Of a DNA stretch of 64,000 nucleotides, positions 29,988-39,192 are shown one piece after another (position 1 is the first letter of the stretch; every line of letters starts with the position of its first letter). Source of the stretch: an uncultured delta proteobacterium (lineage in GTDB: Bacteria > Bdellovibrionota > FAC87 > UBA2466); the NCBI GenBank assembly GCA_963778115.1, contig CAVZSV010000004.1, forward strand, positions 64,001 to 128,000, read 5' to 3'. Made by a program: the position numbers and the translations under genes. The notes under the pieces were generated by a model. It did not search any database and was not told the origin of the DNA. It saw only the letters and a list, made by a program, of their open reading frames with translations.

Positions 29988-31328
29988 ATGAAACGTTATC
30001 AAGCTCTATTGGCGATAGCATTATCACTTATCGTTATCCTTCCTTCAATTGCCTCTGCCACACTTAGCAAGCACGCAGACAAGCCTGATTTAGGCCCTAT
30101 CCGCTTGGAAGAGGATAAGGAACTTAAGACTCTGGTCTCGAGTTTCGGAGGAAGATACTTTTACCCACCCGGCCACGAAGCCGAATTTAAAAAAGATTAC
30201 GAAGAGACCAAATTTGACGGAAAAACGCTGGTCGACGCGATTAACGAAGTAAAGCCACGCCGTAACGATAATGACGAAATCGCAAGTACTACTGCCGCCG
30301 AGGAATTGCCCTTAGCGCGTGCTATCGCTGATATGATGCCCACCCTCACCACCAAGGGGTGGTCGCAAGGTTGGGATGAGGTCAATAGCATCGTAAAGAA
30401 AATGAATAAGAACGGAAGTACCGATACCCAAGCAGAAACCTTCTTTCGCAGATTGATGGTCGCATTCAATAACTGGGGCACCGATAAAAATACGAACGAA
30501 AAGATAGAGAACGAACCCAAGGACAAATCTTTAATTCCTTTCTACAAGGCCTGGATCGTAGCCCGAGACGAAGCCGAAAAGAAGATTGCCGAGTTCCAGA
30601 AGAAAATTGATCTTGCGGCCAATGGAAGCGAAGCAGCCAAGAAAGAGCTCTGGGGAGACAAAAACGATAAGGACCCTAACTCTTCTAAAAACCAATTTGC
30701 CGTCGGTAAGAACGTAAACGCCTACATCAATCAGCTCATCGATCAAGGCGAAGGCGACAGGGCTTTCAAGATGATGAAGGCACTCTCCAAGTGGGAAAAT
30801 AACCACTATAACTATTCGGTTAATGACTCCGACGGAAAGCCGCGCAACTTTACTTTTGAAAAGGACAATCAAGCCGCCGCCCTCAAAGGGTTTAAAGACG
30901 ATAAGATGGTAGCTTCCACTTTCGTGGGCCATCCTCACGATCCCAAAAGTGGAGTGAAGGACTGGGCCTGGGACAAAACCAAACAAGCTTTGGCTCTGGT
31001 TGAACCTGCCCCTGCGGCCCCCTCCACGGGCGGCGCTCAAGGAGCCGCTGCCGGAACGGCACTGGCTAAGAGTGCGGATGCGGGTGGTGGTAGTGGTGGC
31101 GATGTTGCTAGTGCGGGATCAGTAAGTGGCGCACAAGCCTTCAAAGATAAATGTCTGTTCTGTCACAATGCGGGAAGCAATATATCACCGGCTAGAAAGG
31201 GAACTCCAGTAGGTCAGAAGGCGATTGATGCCATAGAGCAGGGTCGAATGCCCCAGAACGGCTCACTTACCGCCGATGAACGAGCTGCTATTATCTCGTA
31301 CTTAGGTGGCCAGGTTGCCAGCCGCTAA
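29988..31328 (+). CDS. Exported protein with C-terminal monoheme cytochrome c domain
   Basis: Signal peptide ending ASA; charged helical body; Ala/Gly linker; CLFCH...GRMP...LT.DE..AII.YL. Confidence 0.85.
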   Translation: MKRYQALLAIALSLIVILPSIASATLSKHADKPDLGPIRLEEDKELKTLVSSFGGRYFYPPGHEAEFKKDYEETKFDGKTLVDAINEVKPRRNDNDEIASTTAAEELPLARAIADMMPTLTTKGWSQGWDEVNSIVKKMNKNGSTDTQAETFFRRLMVAFNNWGTDKNTNEKIENEPKDKSLIPFYKAWIVARDEAEKKIAEFQKKIDLAANGSEAAKKELWGDKNDKDPNSSKNQFAVGKNVNAYINQLIDQGEGDRAFKMMKALSKWENNHYNYSVNDSDGKPRNFTFEKDNQAAALKGFKDDKMVASTFVGHPHDPKSGVKDWAWDKTKQALALVEPAPAAPSTGGAQGAAAGTALAKSADAGGGSGGDVASAGSVSGAQAFKDKCLFCHNAGSNISPARKGTPVGQKAIDAIEQGRMPQNGSLTADERAAIISYLGGQVASR

Positions 31329-31536
31329 GAGCCGGCAACTCTTTAGCCAAAATACAGGAACGACTTTCCTCTCAACGAGTTGCAAGCTTTCTTAGCCGTA
31401 TTCTCCAGAATGCGCCTAGAATACGGACTCACGTCTAATTTCCTTGCAGTCGTCGGTATTCTTACGGTCGTCGTGCTAACTCCCTCTTTACCTAAGGCAA
31501 ATTCCGGTGACACTTTGCGCCAATTCGTTAATTCAC

Positions 31537-31553
31537 GCGGCATTCGGGTTGCA
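31537..31553 (+). promoter_or_regulatory. sigma54 promoter
   Basis: GCGGCATTCGGGTTGCA (GG-N10-GC), ~110 nt before ATG 31663. Confidence 0.6.
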
Positions 31554-31662
31554 ATAAGTTCCTACGAAGCTGAAAATAGACTGATAGCTCCACAAGTCGG
31601 TTTCAGTCGTAATTCGTTTACTACTAGAGCATCGTGACTATCGAGATCCGGGGGGATTGAAG

Positions 31663-32988
31663 ATGAAGCGTCGGGGAACCATTTTCGTATCGTTGTTTAT
31701 TTTAATCTTTGCGTTTGCGGCACTGGGGGCGGATGAGCCCAAAGGTGACACGGCCGATAAAGGCAAAGCCGACAAATCCCATGACGCCGAAAAGGGAGCC
31801 GGCGACAAAGACAAGCGACCCGCCGCGGATTCCACCTCACCGGTGGCCGATCAAGACGCCAAAATTAAAAATGCCCGAGAGGACTTCTTAAAGAAGTGGT
31901 TCCCGCTCACTCCCGAACAACCCAAAATTTTTGCCGATCTGATTGCCAAAAGTCCGACGGACGCAGGCTCGGCGATGGGACAATTGTTAGGTTCGATTGA
32001 ACATTCCCAGATTGAAAAAATGCTCAAGGAAGCTCTTAATAAGGAATTCGATAAAGAGAAGCCAGAGGATTGGGAGTTCTATCAACGCATCAAGGATACT
32101 AGTCTTCAAGAACTAAAGACCAAAGATATCCCAGATGAAAAGATGAAGGTGGCGTTTGAAGAAGCTCGCAAAAAGAAAGTGGAAGACACCAAATTTTATG
32201 AAGAGCAGATCGAAAAATTAAAGACCGCTAAAACGCCCAAAGAGAGAGAAGCGATCCAAAACGCGCTGGCCGAACGAGGTTTTAAAACAGACAATCTCTA
32301 TGCTTATTCTAAGCACTACGGAAATCTAGGAAACGTCGAGAAATCGGCGGGAGCCTTGGATGCCGCGGGAAAGGTAAACGATAAGGGGCAAATCATCGCC
32401 GAGATAAAAGATCCCAAAGGCGATGTCACTCACTCGACCTTTTTAGGAACTTACGATCAACCGTGGGATGACGAAGTCAAAGACGGTAAGGTTGTGAAAA
32501 AAGGAAGAGGCTCTTTGGCCCGAATCGCGGCTCCGTTGCTCGCCGCGCGCTATGCTCAAGATGATTTTGTGGCGCCAAAAGCTCCGACCAAGGACAAGGA
32601 CTATCAAATGCCCTTACCTACCGAAGGAGACAAACCGGCTCGTTTAGAAAATACGGATGAAGCCAAGCTTCCGACCGCTAAACTTCCGGTTGCGGAACCC
32701 ATAAAAGACACTAAGGCTGCCACTGACACCGCCCAATATGTCTCGCTAGCACCCACAAGTGTTCGCGATATGATTACCGATGCGAACCGATGCCAGCAAT
32801 GCCACAAGGCTGGGGGTAAAGGGCCGGAATTCTCTGAAGTGAAAAAGGAAGATTTCAAAACCAAAGTTTTTGACCGAGCGGCGTTTGACAAGATGACCCA
32901 ATCGGGAGGAACGCCGTTCAAACTCTCTGACGCCGATTACACAACTCTTCACGCTTGGATTGACGCGGTTAACAAGCCCAAGGAGTAA
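31663..32988 (+). CDS. Exported protein with C-terminal monoheme cytochrome c domain
   Basis: Signal peptide; Lys/Asp/Glu-rich body; CQQCH...DKM...LSD.D..TL.AWI. Confidence 0.85.
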   Translation: MKRRGTIFVSLFILIFAFAALGADEPKGDTADKGKADKSHDAEKGAGDKDKRPAADSTSPVADQDAKIKNAREDFLKKWFPLTPEQPKIFADLIAKSPTDAGSAMGQLLGSIEHSQIEKMLKEALNKEFDKEKPEDWEFYQRIKDTSLQELKTKDIPDEKMKVAFEEARKKKVEDTKFYEEQIEKLKTAKTPKEREAIQNALAERGFKTDNLYAYSKHYGNLGNVEKSAGALDAAGKVNDKGQIIAEIKDPKGDVTHSTFLGTYDQPWDDEVKDGKVVKKGRGSLARIAAPLLAARYAQDDFVAPKAPTKDKDYQMPLPTEGDKPARLENTDEAKLPTAKLPVAEPIKDTKAATDTAQYVSLAPTSVRDMITDANRCQQCHKAGGKGPEFSEVKKEDFKTKVFDRAAFDKMTQSGGTPFKLSDADYTTLHAWIDAVNKPKE

Positions 32989-33055
32989 CCACTTTCTCGT
33001 TGACTAACGCACGGTAACCCTTATGGTATTAGGCCAACGGGAGACGTGTGAAGTC

Positions 33056-33448
33056 ATGAGCAATCCTATTCCTGAGGGCTATCAGTTCACCAAAGAGCAC
33101 GAGTGGGTTCACCTCGAAGACAATATAGCAACCATTGGTATCAGCGATTTCGCCCAGGAATCTCTAGGGGATATCACCTACGTACAACTTCCTAAAGAAG
33201 GCGAAGAGATCAAAAAAGACGATACGTTCGGTGTCGTCGAATCTGTCAAAGCGGTCAGCGATCTCTACGCCCCCGTAACGGGACGTGTCATAGAGGTTAA
33301 TCAGCCTCTGCTCGACGCTCCCGAACTCGTCAACGAAGATCCTTATAACGATGGCTGGATGATCAAAGTGGAAGTGAAAGACACGTCGGAAGCGCAAGAC
33401 CTCATGTCAGTCGCCGACTATAAGGAGTACGTAGAGGAAAAAGCGTAA
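33056..33448 (+). CDS. gcvH: Glycine cleavage H protein
   Basis: HEWV, GISDFAQ..LGD, VESVKAVSD (lipoyl Lys), N.DPY..GW. Confidence 0.97.
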   Translation: MSNPIPEGYQFTKEHEWVHLEDNIATIGISDFAQESLGDITYVQLPKEGEEIKKDDTFGVVESVKAVSDLYAPVTGRVIEVNQPLLDAPELVNEDPYNDGWMIKVEVKDTSEAQDLMSVADYKEYVEEKA

Positions 33449-33449
33449 A

Positions 33450-34826
33450 GTGGCCTTCATTCCTCTCACTCCGGAAGAAGAGCGCCACGCCCTAAAGGTG
33501 ATCGGCGTCCATAGTACCGAAGAACTCTTCTCGACCGTCCCTCCAAAAATTCGTGAAAATGCAGATTTTAAGATCGATCCCGGTCGAGGCTTTGATTCGA
33601 GCGGCCGCGGCCTCTCAGAACACGAACTCAGACGCTACTTCCACGGCTTGGCGGAAGAAAACGCTCATGCCCCTAAATTTACCCATTTCTTAGGGGGTGG
33701 AGTTTATGACAACATTATTCCCGCCATCGTGAATCAGTTGGTCCTTCGCGGAGAGTTTCTCACCTGCTATACGCCCTACCAGCCCGAGATGAGTCAGGGC
33801 ACGCTGCAGATGATTTTTGAATTTCAAACGATGATGGCGCGATTAACGGCGATGGAAGTCGCCAATGCCTCCATGTACGACGGATCCACGGCGGCGGCCG
33901 AAGCGATTTTGATGGCACAACGACTTTCGAGCAGCACTCGCCAAAATGTTCTCGTCGCGGGCTCGCTTCCTCCAGACTATCGGCAAGTCATCGATACCTT
34001 TTTGAGAGGGCATTCGGTCCTTCCTCAAACGATTCATTGGACGAAGCAAGGGCAGTTGGATGTCGAGCATTTAAAGAGTCTTCTTACGTCAGCCAATCCC
34101 TGTGCTATCGTCGTTCCCTCGCCAAATTACTTTGGGATTATCGAACCTCTCGACGAGATTAAATCATTGCTCCCGAAAGGATGCTTGCTAATCGTAAGCG
34201 TCGCGGACGCTTCAGCCCTTTCCCTTTTTGAACCTCCGGGTAAATTCGGCGCCGATATCGTGGTGGGCGAGGCTCACCAATTGGGAACCCCGATGCTTTT
34301 CGGGGGGCCTCACGTGGGTTTCTTTGCCAGTCGAAAAGAGTTTCTGCGCCAAATGCCGGGACGGCTTTGCGGAGAGAGTGTCGACAAGCAAGGGGAGCGC
34401 GCTTACACGCTAACCCTATCAACTCGCGAGCAGCATATTAGACGAGAAAAGGCGACTTCTAACATCTGCACAAACCAGGGGCTTATCGCTTTACGGACCA
34501 CGATCTATTTAAGTTTTCTGGGCAAACGAGGTTTTGAGCGTTTAGGCGAGATGAACTATTCGTTATTCGACCATCTAGCCACCGAACTAGGGGCCCACGG
34601 CATTCCGCTAAAGTTTAGCGGAGGGCTACATTACCGCGAAGGGGTGTTCGAAGTTCCCAATTTAGATGCCAGATTTCAATCGGCTGTTCAAAAAGGAATT
34701 ATTCCTGGGATAAAACTGGCCCCTAAATTCGGGGACGACTTTAAATCGAGCCTTTTAGTATGCGTCCATCCGAAACACACCAAGGGTGACATAGAAGCTT
34801 TGGTCGAGGTGCTTTCGCATGCCTGA
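33450..34826 (+). CDS. gcvPA: Glycine dehydrogenase subunit 1
   Basis: YTPYQPEMSQG, NASMYDG, TREQHIRREKATSNICTNQ. Confidence 0.96.
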   Translation: MAFIPLTPEEERHALKVIGVHSTEELFSTVPPKIRENADFKIDPGRGFDSSGRGLSEHELRRYFHGLAEENAHAPKFTHFLGGGVYDNIIPAIVNQLVLRGEFLTCYTPYQPEMSQGTLQMIFEFQTMMARLTAMEVANASMYDGSTAAAEAILMAQRLSSSTRQNVLVAGSLPPDYRQVIDTFLRGHSVLPQTIHWTKQGQLDVEHLKSLLTSANPCAIVVPSPNYFGIIEPLDEIKSLLPKGCLLIVSVADASALSLFEPPGKFGADIVVGEAHQLGTPMLFGGPHVGFFASRKEFLRQMPGRLCGESVDKQGERAYTLTLSTREQHIRREKATSNICTNQGLIALRTTIYLSFLGKRGFERLGEMNYSLFDHLATELGAHGIPLKFSGGLHYREGVFEVPNLDARFQSAVQKGIIPGIKLAPKFGDDFKSSLLVCVHPKHTKGDIEALVEVLSHA

Positions 34827-36336
34827 AAATAATAATAATATCTCACCACAGGCTAAGACGGTTACGGAAGCTACTCGCGGGCTGGTTCTCAAAGAGACTA
34901 CTATTTTCGAAAGGTCATCCCCAGGACGAAACGGATTTGACCTGCCTCCCCTTGAGGTTCCCAGAAAGTTACCTCCGAAGTACGCCAGAGAGACGAGTGC
35001 GGAGCTTCCTGAAGTAGGAGAACTTGAAGTTGTTCGCCATTTCTCGCGACTCTCTACCTGGAATTACGCTATCGATTTAGGAACGTTTCCCTTGGGTTCT
35101 TGCACGATGAAGTATAACCCGCGTATCAACGAAGAGGTCGCGATCATTCCCGGCCTTAGTGAAATCCATCCGGAGACGCCACCTGAATTGTGTCAAGGAG
35201 CGCTAGAGCTTATCTATCGACTGGAAAATGCCCTTTGCCAAATCTCGGGGCTCGACGAATGCTCCGTACAGCCGGCGGCGGGAGCGCATGGGGAATTCAC
35301 GGGTTTGTCGCTTATCCACGCTTTTCATGAAAAGCATGGAAGCAGCCGCAAATTGGTGCTCATTCCCGATACCGCCCATGGAACCAACCCGGCCTCCTGC
35401 GTTTTGGCGGGATATCAAGCAATCACTTTGAAATCCTCCCCCAACGGAACCGTTTCGACCGAGACAGTTGCTGAAGCGATCGATAAGTACGGACGGGATA
35501 TTGCCGCTTTAATGGTAACCAATCCCAATACCAACGGGCTTTTTGAATCGAATATTGTTGAGATAGCAGAACTGATTCATAGTATCGGAGCCCAACTCTA
35601 TATGGACGGCGCCAACATGAACGCCATTCTGGGGGTGGCAAAGCCTCGCGATATGGGTGTAGATGTCATGCAATACAATTTGCACAAGACCTTTTCGACA
35701 CCTCACGGAGGAGGTGGTCCGGGAGCCGGACCTGTCGCAGTGAAAGCGCACCTTGCCCCCTATCTTCCGGGGCCCCGAGTCCGTCTGGTTGATAAGCGTT
35801 ACGTGCTAGAGACAACTACGGAGTCGATTGGCAAAGTAAAAGCGGGATTCGGTAATTTCGGTGTCGCCGTAAGGGCTCTGGCTTACATCTTGGCTCATGG
35901 AAGTGATGGCCTTAAGAAAGTCTCGCGTGCGGCAGTTCTCAACGCCAACTACTTACGTGCGAGGCTTTCGGAGCATTACCAAGTGGCCTATTCCACCCCT
36001 AATTTTCACGAGTGTGTTTTCACTGATGCCAAACAGCAAAAGGAAGGCGGAGTCAAAACCCTTCAGATCGCTAAAGCTCTCATTGACGAAGGATTTCATC
36101 CACCGACCATCTATTTTCCATTGACCGTCCCCGGCGCCATGCTAGTGGAGCCGACCGAAACGGAAAGCCTTCAAGAGCTTGATAAATTAGTGGATGCTCT
36201 TGTTCGCATAGCTTCGCGTATCCAATCGAAAGAGGAGTCCTTTGACAACAGCCCCACCAAAACAATTGTGGAAAGGGTGGATGAAGTCGGAGCCGCTCGG
36301 CGGCCCGTCCTCTCACTGGACGATCGCGGCCGCTGA
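34819..36336 (+). CDS. gcvPB: Glycine dehydrogenase subunit 2
   Basis: PLGSCTMKYNP, AHGTNPAS, NLHKTFSTPHGGGGPG, EPTETES. Confidence 0.97.
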   Translation: MPENNNNISPQAKTVTEATRGLVLKETTIFERSSPGRNGFDLPPLEVPRKLPPKYARETSAELPEVGELEVVRHFSRLSTWNYAIDLGTFPLGSCTMKYNPRINEEVAIIPGLSEIHPETPPELCQGALELIYRLENALCQISGLDECSVQPAAGAHGEFTGLSLIHAFHEKHGSSRKLVLIPDTAHGTNPASCVLAGYQAITLKSSPNGTVSTETVAEAIDKYGRDIAALMVTNPNTNGLFESNIVEIAELIHSIGAQLYMDGANMNAILGVAKPRDMGVDVMQYNLHKTFSTPHGGGGPGAGPVAVKAHLAPYLPGPRVRLVDKRYVLETTTESIGKVKAGFGNFGVAVRALAYILAHGSDGLKKVSRAAVLNANYLRARLSEHYQVAYSTPNFHECVFTDAKQQKEGGVKTLQIAKALIDEGFHPPTIYFPLTVPGAMLVEPTETESLQELDKLVDALVRIASRIQSKEESFDNSPTKTIVERVDEVGAARRPVLSLDDRGR

Positions 36337-37792
36337 TAATGCGTACCTGATTGGTCTACTCGTCCTAACCGCATTTCATCTTTGGCTATCGGCGCATCTT
36401 CCGCCGGCTGAAGACGAACTTTACTATTGGGCCTGGTCGAAGAGTCTGCAGAGCAGCTACTTTGATCATCCGCCGCTAGTGGCTTATCTCATCGCTTTTT
36501 CCACAAAAATTTTTGGCGACACGCTCTTTGGCATACGTTTTTTCTCTTCTATAGCGGCCTTTTTCATACTTTGGGCCATGCGTAAGCTATCTTACCGTTC
36601 CGGCATTCTTGTCTATCTTTGGTTCACGCCGATGTTCCTCTTGGGCGCCGTACTGATGACACCCGACACCCCTTTTCTGGTCTTTTGGATGTGTTATCTG
36701 CTCTGGCTGGTCGCCATTAACAATCCGCTATCCGAATGGAGAGAAGATCCTGTCGCCCGAGTTTATCGCAAATCTCCGATTAGTAACGCCATGTGGTGTC
36801 TCGGGGGACTCTTTCTGGGGCTAGGCTTTCTAGGTAAATACACCATGGCTCTGGCGGCCCCCTGCTCCTTACTGGTGCTTTGGACGCGCTACCGGCGCGG
36901 AGCGTGGATTAAAGGTTATCTGCTTCATGCTCTGGTTGCCGCTATCGTCGCCATTCCAGTGCTTCGCTTTAACCTGGAGCACCACTTTGCCTCTTTCCAT
37001 TTCCAGTGGCGCAACGCCATGGAGAGTAGCGGTGGTTTTTCTCTAGGCAGACTCTGGCAATTTTTGGGAGGCCAAGTCGTTTTGATCGGAGCCCTTCCCT
37101 TTGTGATGCTACCGTGGGCGCTTCTGCACCGAGCAGAACTTAGCGATGATAAGCGGATGCATATCTGCTACTACTTTTTCGTTCTCCCCCTTCTCTTTTT
37201 CCTTTTTCAAGCGCTTAGAACCAAACTTGAAGCTAATTGGGCGCTCGCGTGCTACTTGTCTTTTTTTCCGATAGCACAGTGGTTGCTAGATCGATCGTCA
37301 TTTAAGACTTTTGGCCAAATTTTAGTGTTCGCTTCCTTTGCGGCTCCGCTCATCTTTGCCGTTTGTTTAATGATTCACTTAGTGCACCCCTTTCAAATCG
37401 TGGCGCCCAAAAATGACAGGCTCACTCGCGCCAAAATGCAGTTTGAACTTTCCCTTCGGGTCGCGACTGACATGAAACATATAGCCGCGACCGCAGCCCC
37501 CCCCACCATCCTGCCCGTGTTTGCGCCCACTTATCAGTGGACGTCGTATTTTCGCTTTCGAGGAGTTCCAGCGGAGCAGATTTATCCAGGCAGCCGAATG
37601 AGCCAATTTACGTTGGAACCCAAGGACGCCTGCGCTTACCGGAATATACTCCTGTTTTCAGAAACACCAGACGGAGGGCTCGCTAAGAATACGCTTAAAT
37701 GTTTTCCCCAGTCTCGAACGGAAAAGGTCTACCCGCTTGTGGTTCGCGGGGAGACGGTAGACACCTATTATTTACTGCGTTACAGCCGATGA
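36281..37792 (+). CDS. GT-C fold glycosyltransferase (GT39/ArnT-like)
   Basis: DELYYWAWS, YFDHPPL, TPD.P, KYT; many transmembrane helices; start uncertain. Confidence 0.85.
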   Translation: MKSEPLGGPSSHWTIAAADNAYLIGLLVLTAFHLWLSAHLPPAEDELYYWAWSKSLQSSYFDHPPLVAYLIAFSTKIFGDTLFGIRFFSSIAAFFILWAMRKLSYRSGILVYLWFTPMFLLGAVLMTPDTPFLVFWMCYLLWLVAINNPLSEWREDPVARVYRKSPISNAMWCLGGLFLGLGFLGKYTMALAAPCSLLVLWTRYRRGAWIKGYLLHALVAAIVAIPVLRFNLEHHFASFHFQWRNAMESSGGFSLGRLWQFLGGQVVLIGALPFVMLPWALLHRAELSDDKRMHICYYFFVLPLLFFLFQALRTKLEANWALACYLSFFPIAQWLLDRSSFKTFGQILVFASFAAPLIFAVCLMIHLVHPFQIVAPKNDRLTRAKMQFELSLRVATDMKHIAATAAPPTILPVFAPTYQWTSYFRFRGVPAEQIYPGSRMSQFTLEPKDACAYRNILLFSETPDGGLAKNTLKCFPQSRTEKVYPLVVRGETVDTYYLLRYSR

Positions 37793-38994
37793 AGTACTAC
37801 TTACAGTTTCTCCTTTTTGTTCTAGTCACGATTGAAATTTTTTCGCTTTTGCCCTCAGGCTCACACGAATTTGAGCCGGCCAACACTCCCCACTCGCCTT
37901 TCTTACTTGGAGCCATTCACATCCACTCCAAATATTCCATAGGGAGCGGGACAATTCCCGAGATCGCTGAAGCCGCCAATAATTCCGGGCTCAACTTTGT
38001 GGTAGTCACCGATCTTGATACCTCTCAAGCCAGGCGCGATGGATTCGAAAAAAGTTATGGGCGAGTCGACGCCTTTATAGAAATGGAAGCGACAACCCCG
38101 GCAGGACACGCCCTTTCCTTCTTTTCTACCAGTAGCGCTCGTGGACAGACAGATGCTCAAATTGTCCGCCTCACGTGGGAGCATATTCTAAATCGGGAAA
38201 ATCCCACCGATTTCTTTTCGGTCATCGCTCATCCCAGCAACCTTAAGTACCCTTGGAGCAGTCTCGACAGATTCCCCGAGGGGGTGGAGATCGTCAATTT
38301 CGATAGCAGCTGGCGGCGCGAGTTGGACGAATCCATTCTAGGCTTTGGGCTGACCTTGCTCATCGCCCCCTTTAATAATTATCTCGCGGCAGCCAGATTC
38401 GCCCAACTCTATCCCAAAGATGTCTCTTCGCTGGACGCGATCAATAGTGTGACTCCCGGCCACTTTGGAATCTTAGGGCATGACGTGAGAGCGAGTTTTA
38501 AACTAAACGATACTTTGGCCATCCCTTGGCCCTCTTATGAGAAGGCTTTCCGTACCGCGGCCAACGTCATCTTCTACCAAGGAGTACTTGCGACGGATTT
38601 TGAACTAAGAAAGCGACAGATCTATAGCGCCATTCGTTCTGGGCGTTCCGCCGTCGTATTTCGTTATCTTCATGCGTTCGATGGAAACGATTGGCGCTTG
38701 CAGTGTGCTGAGCGGACCTTCACCACGGGAGACGAAGCAACGCTAAACGGAGAGAAGTGTACCTTTGAAATAAGTACCCCCGATAAGTTTGCTTATCCCA
38801 TTCGCCTCAGGCTTTATAAGAACGGCGAATTAGTAAACGAGGTAGGAGCCAAAGGAGGAGAAAAATCCCACTTCCCTCTCTCCGGACGAGGGGCTTATCG
38901 CCTTGAAGTTTGGGCAAAGGTACACACGCTGTTTCGGATTCTCGCCAACGATGAAGTCCCGTACGTTTTGTATAATTCGATTTATGTGAAGTAG
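37789..38994 (+). CDS. PHP-domain metallohydrolase-like protein, N-terminally anchored
   Basis: ATGA overlap with the GT gene; HIHS, VVTD, AHP and GVEIVN motifs, several degenerate. Confidence 0.75.
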   Translation: MKYYLQFLLFVLVTIEIFSLLPSGSHEFEPANTPHSPFLLGAIHIHSKYSIGSGTIPEIAEAANNSGLNFVVVTDLDTSQARRDGFEKSYGRVDAFIEMEATTPAGHALSFFSTSSARGQTDAQIVRLTWEHILNRENPTDFFSVIAHPSNLKYPWSSLDRFPEGVEIVNFDSSWRRELDESILGFGLTLLIAPFNNYLAAARFAQLYPKDVSSLDAINSVTPGHFGILGHDVRASFKLNDTLAIPWPSYEKAFRTAANVIFYQGVLATDFELRKRQIYSAIRSGRSAVVFRYLHAFDGNDWRLQCAERTFTTGDEATLNGEKCTFEISTPDKFAYPIRLRLYKNGELVNEVGAKGGEKSHFPLSGRGAYRLEVWAKVHTLFRILANDEVPYVLYNSIYVK

Positions 38995-39158
38995 ACGGAT
39001 GCGGCTACGTCTATGACTTGCTTTAGCCACTAGCACTAGCTCTATTTCCTGGGGCGCGTTCCTTGCGAAACGCGGCGTATTCCCACGGTACCCACCCCCA
39101 AAAATGTCACGCTGACTACCAACTCCACGCAATCCCTACAACATCAGCTTCCGTCTTA

Positions 39159-39175
39159 ATGGAATATCCATTGCA
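39159..39175 (+). promoter_or_regulatory. Possible sigma54 promoter
   Basis: ATGGAATATCCATTGCA (GG-N10-GC); would give a very short leader to ATG 39193. Confidence 0.45.
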
Positions 39176-39192
39176 TTCTTTTAAGGTTGGAT

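Noticed and set aside
39051..39067. Additional GG-N10-GC motif (GGGGCGCGTTCCTTGCG)
   Set aside because: Flanks deviate from consensus and a better candidate exists at 39159
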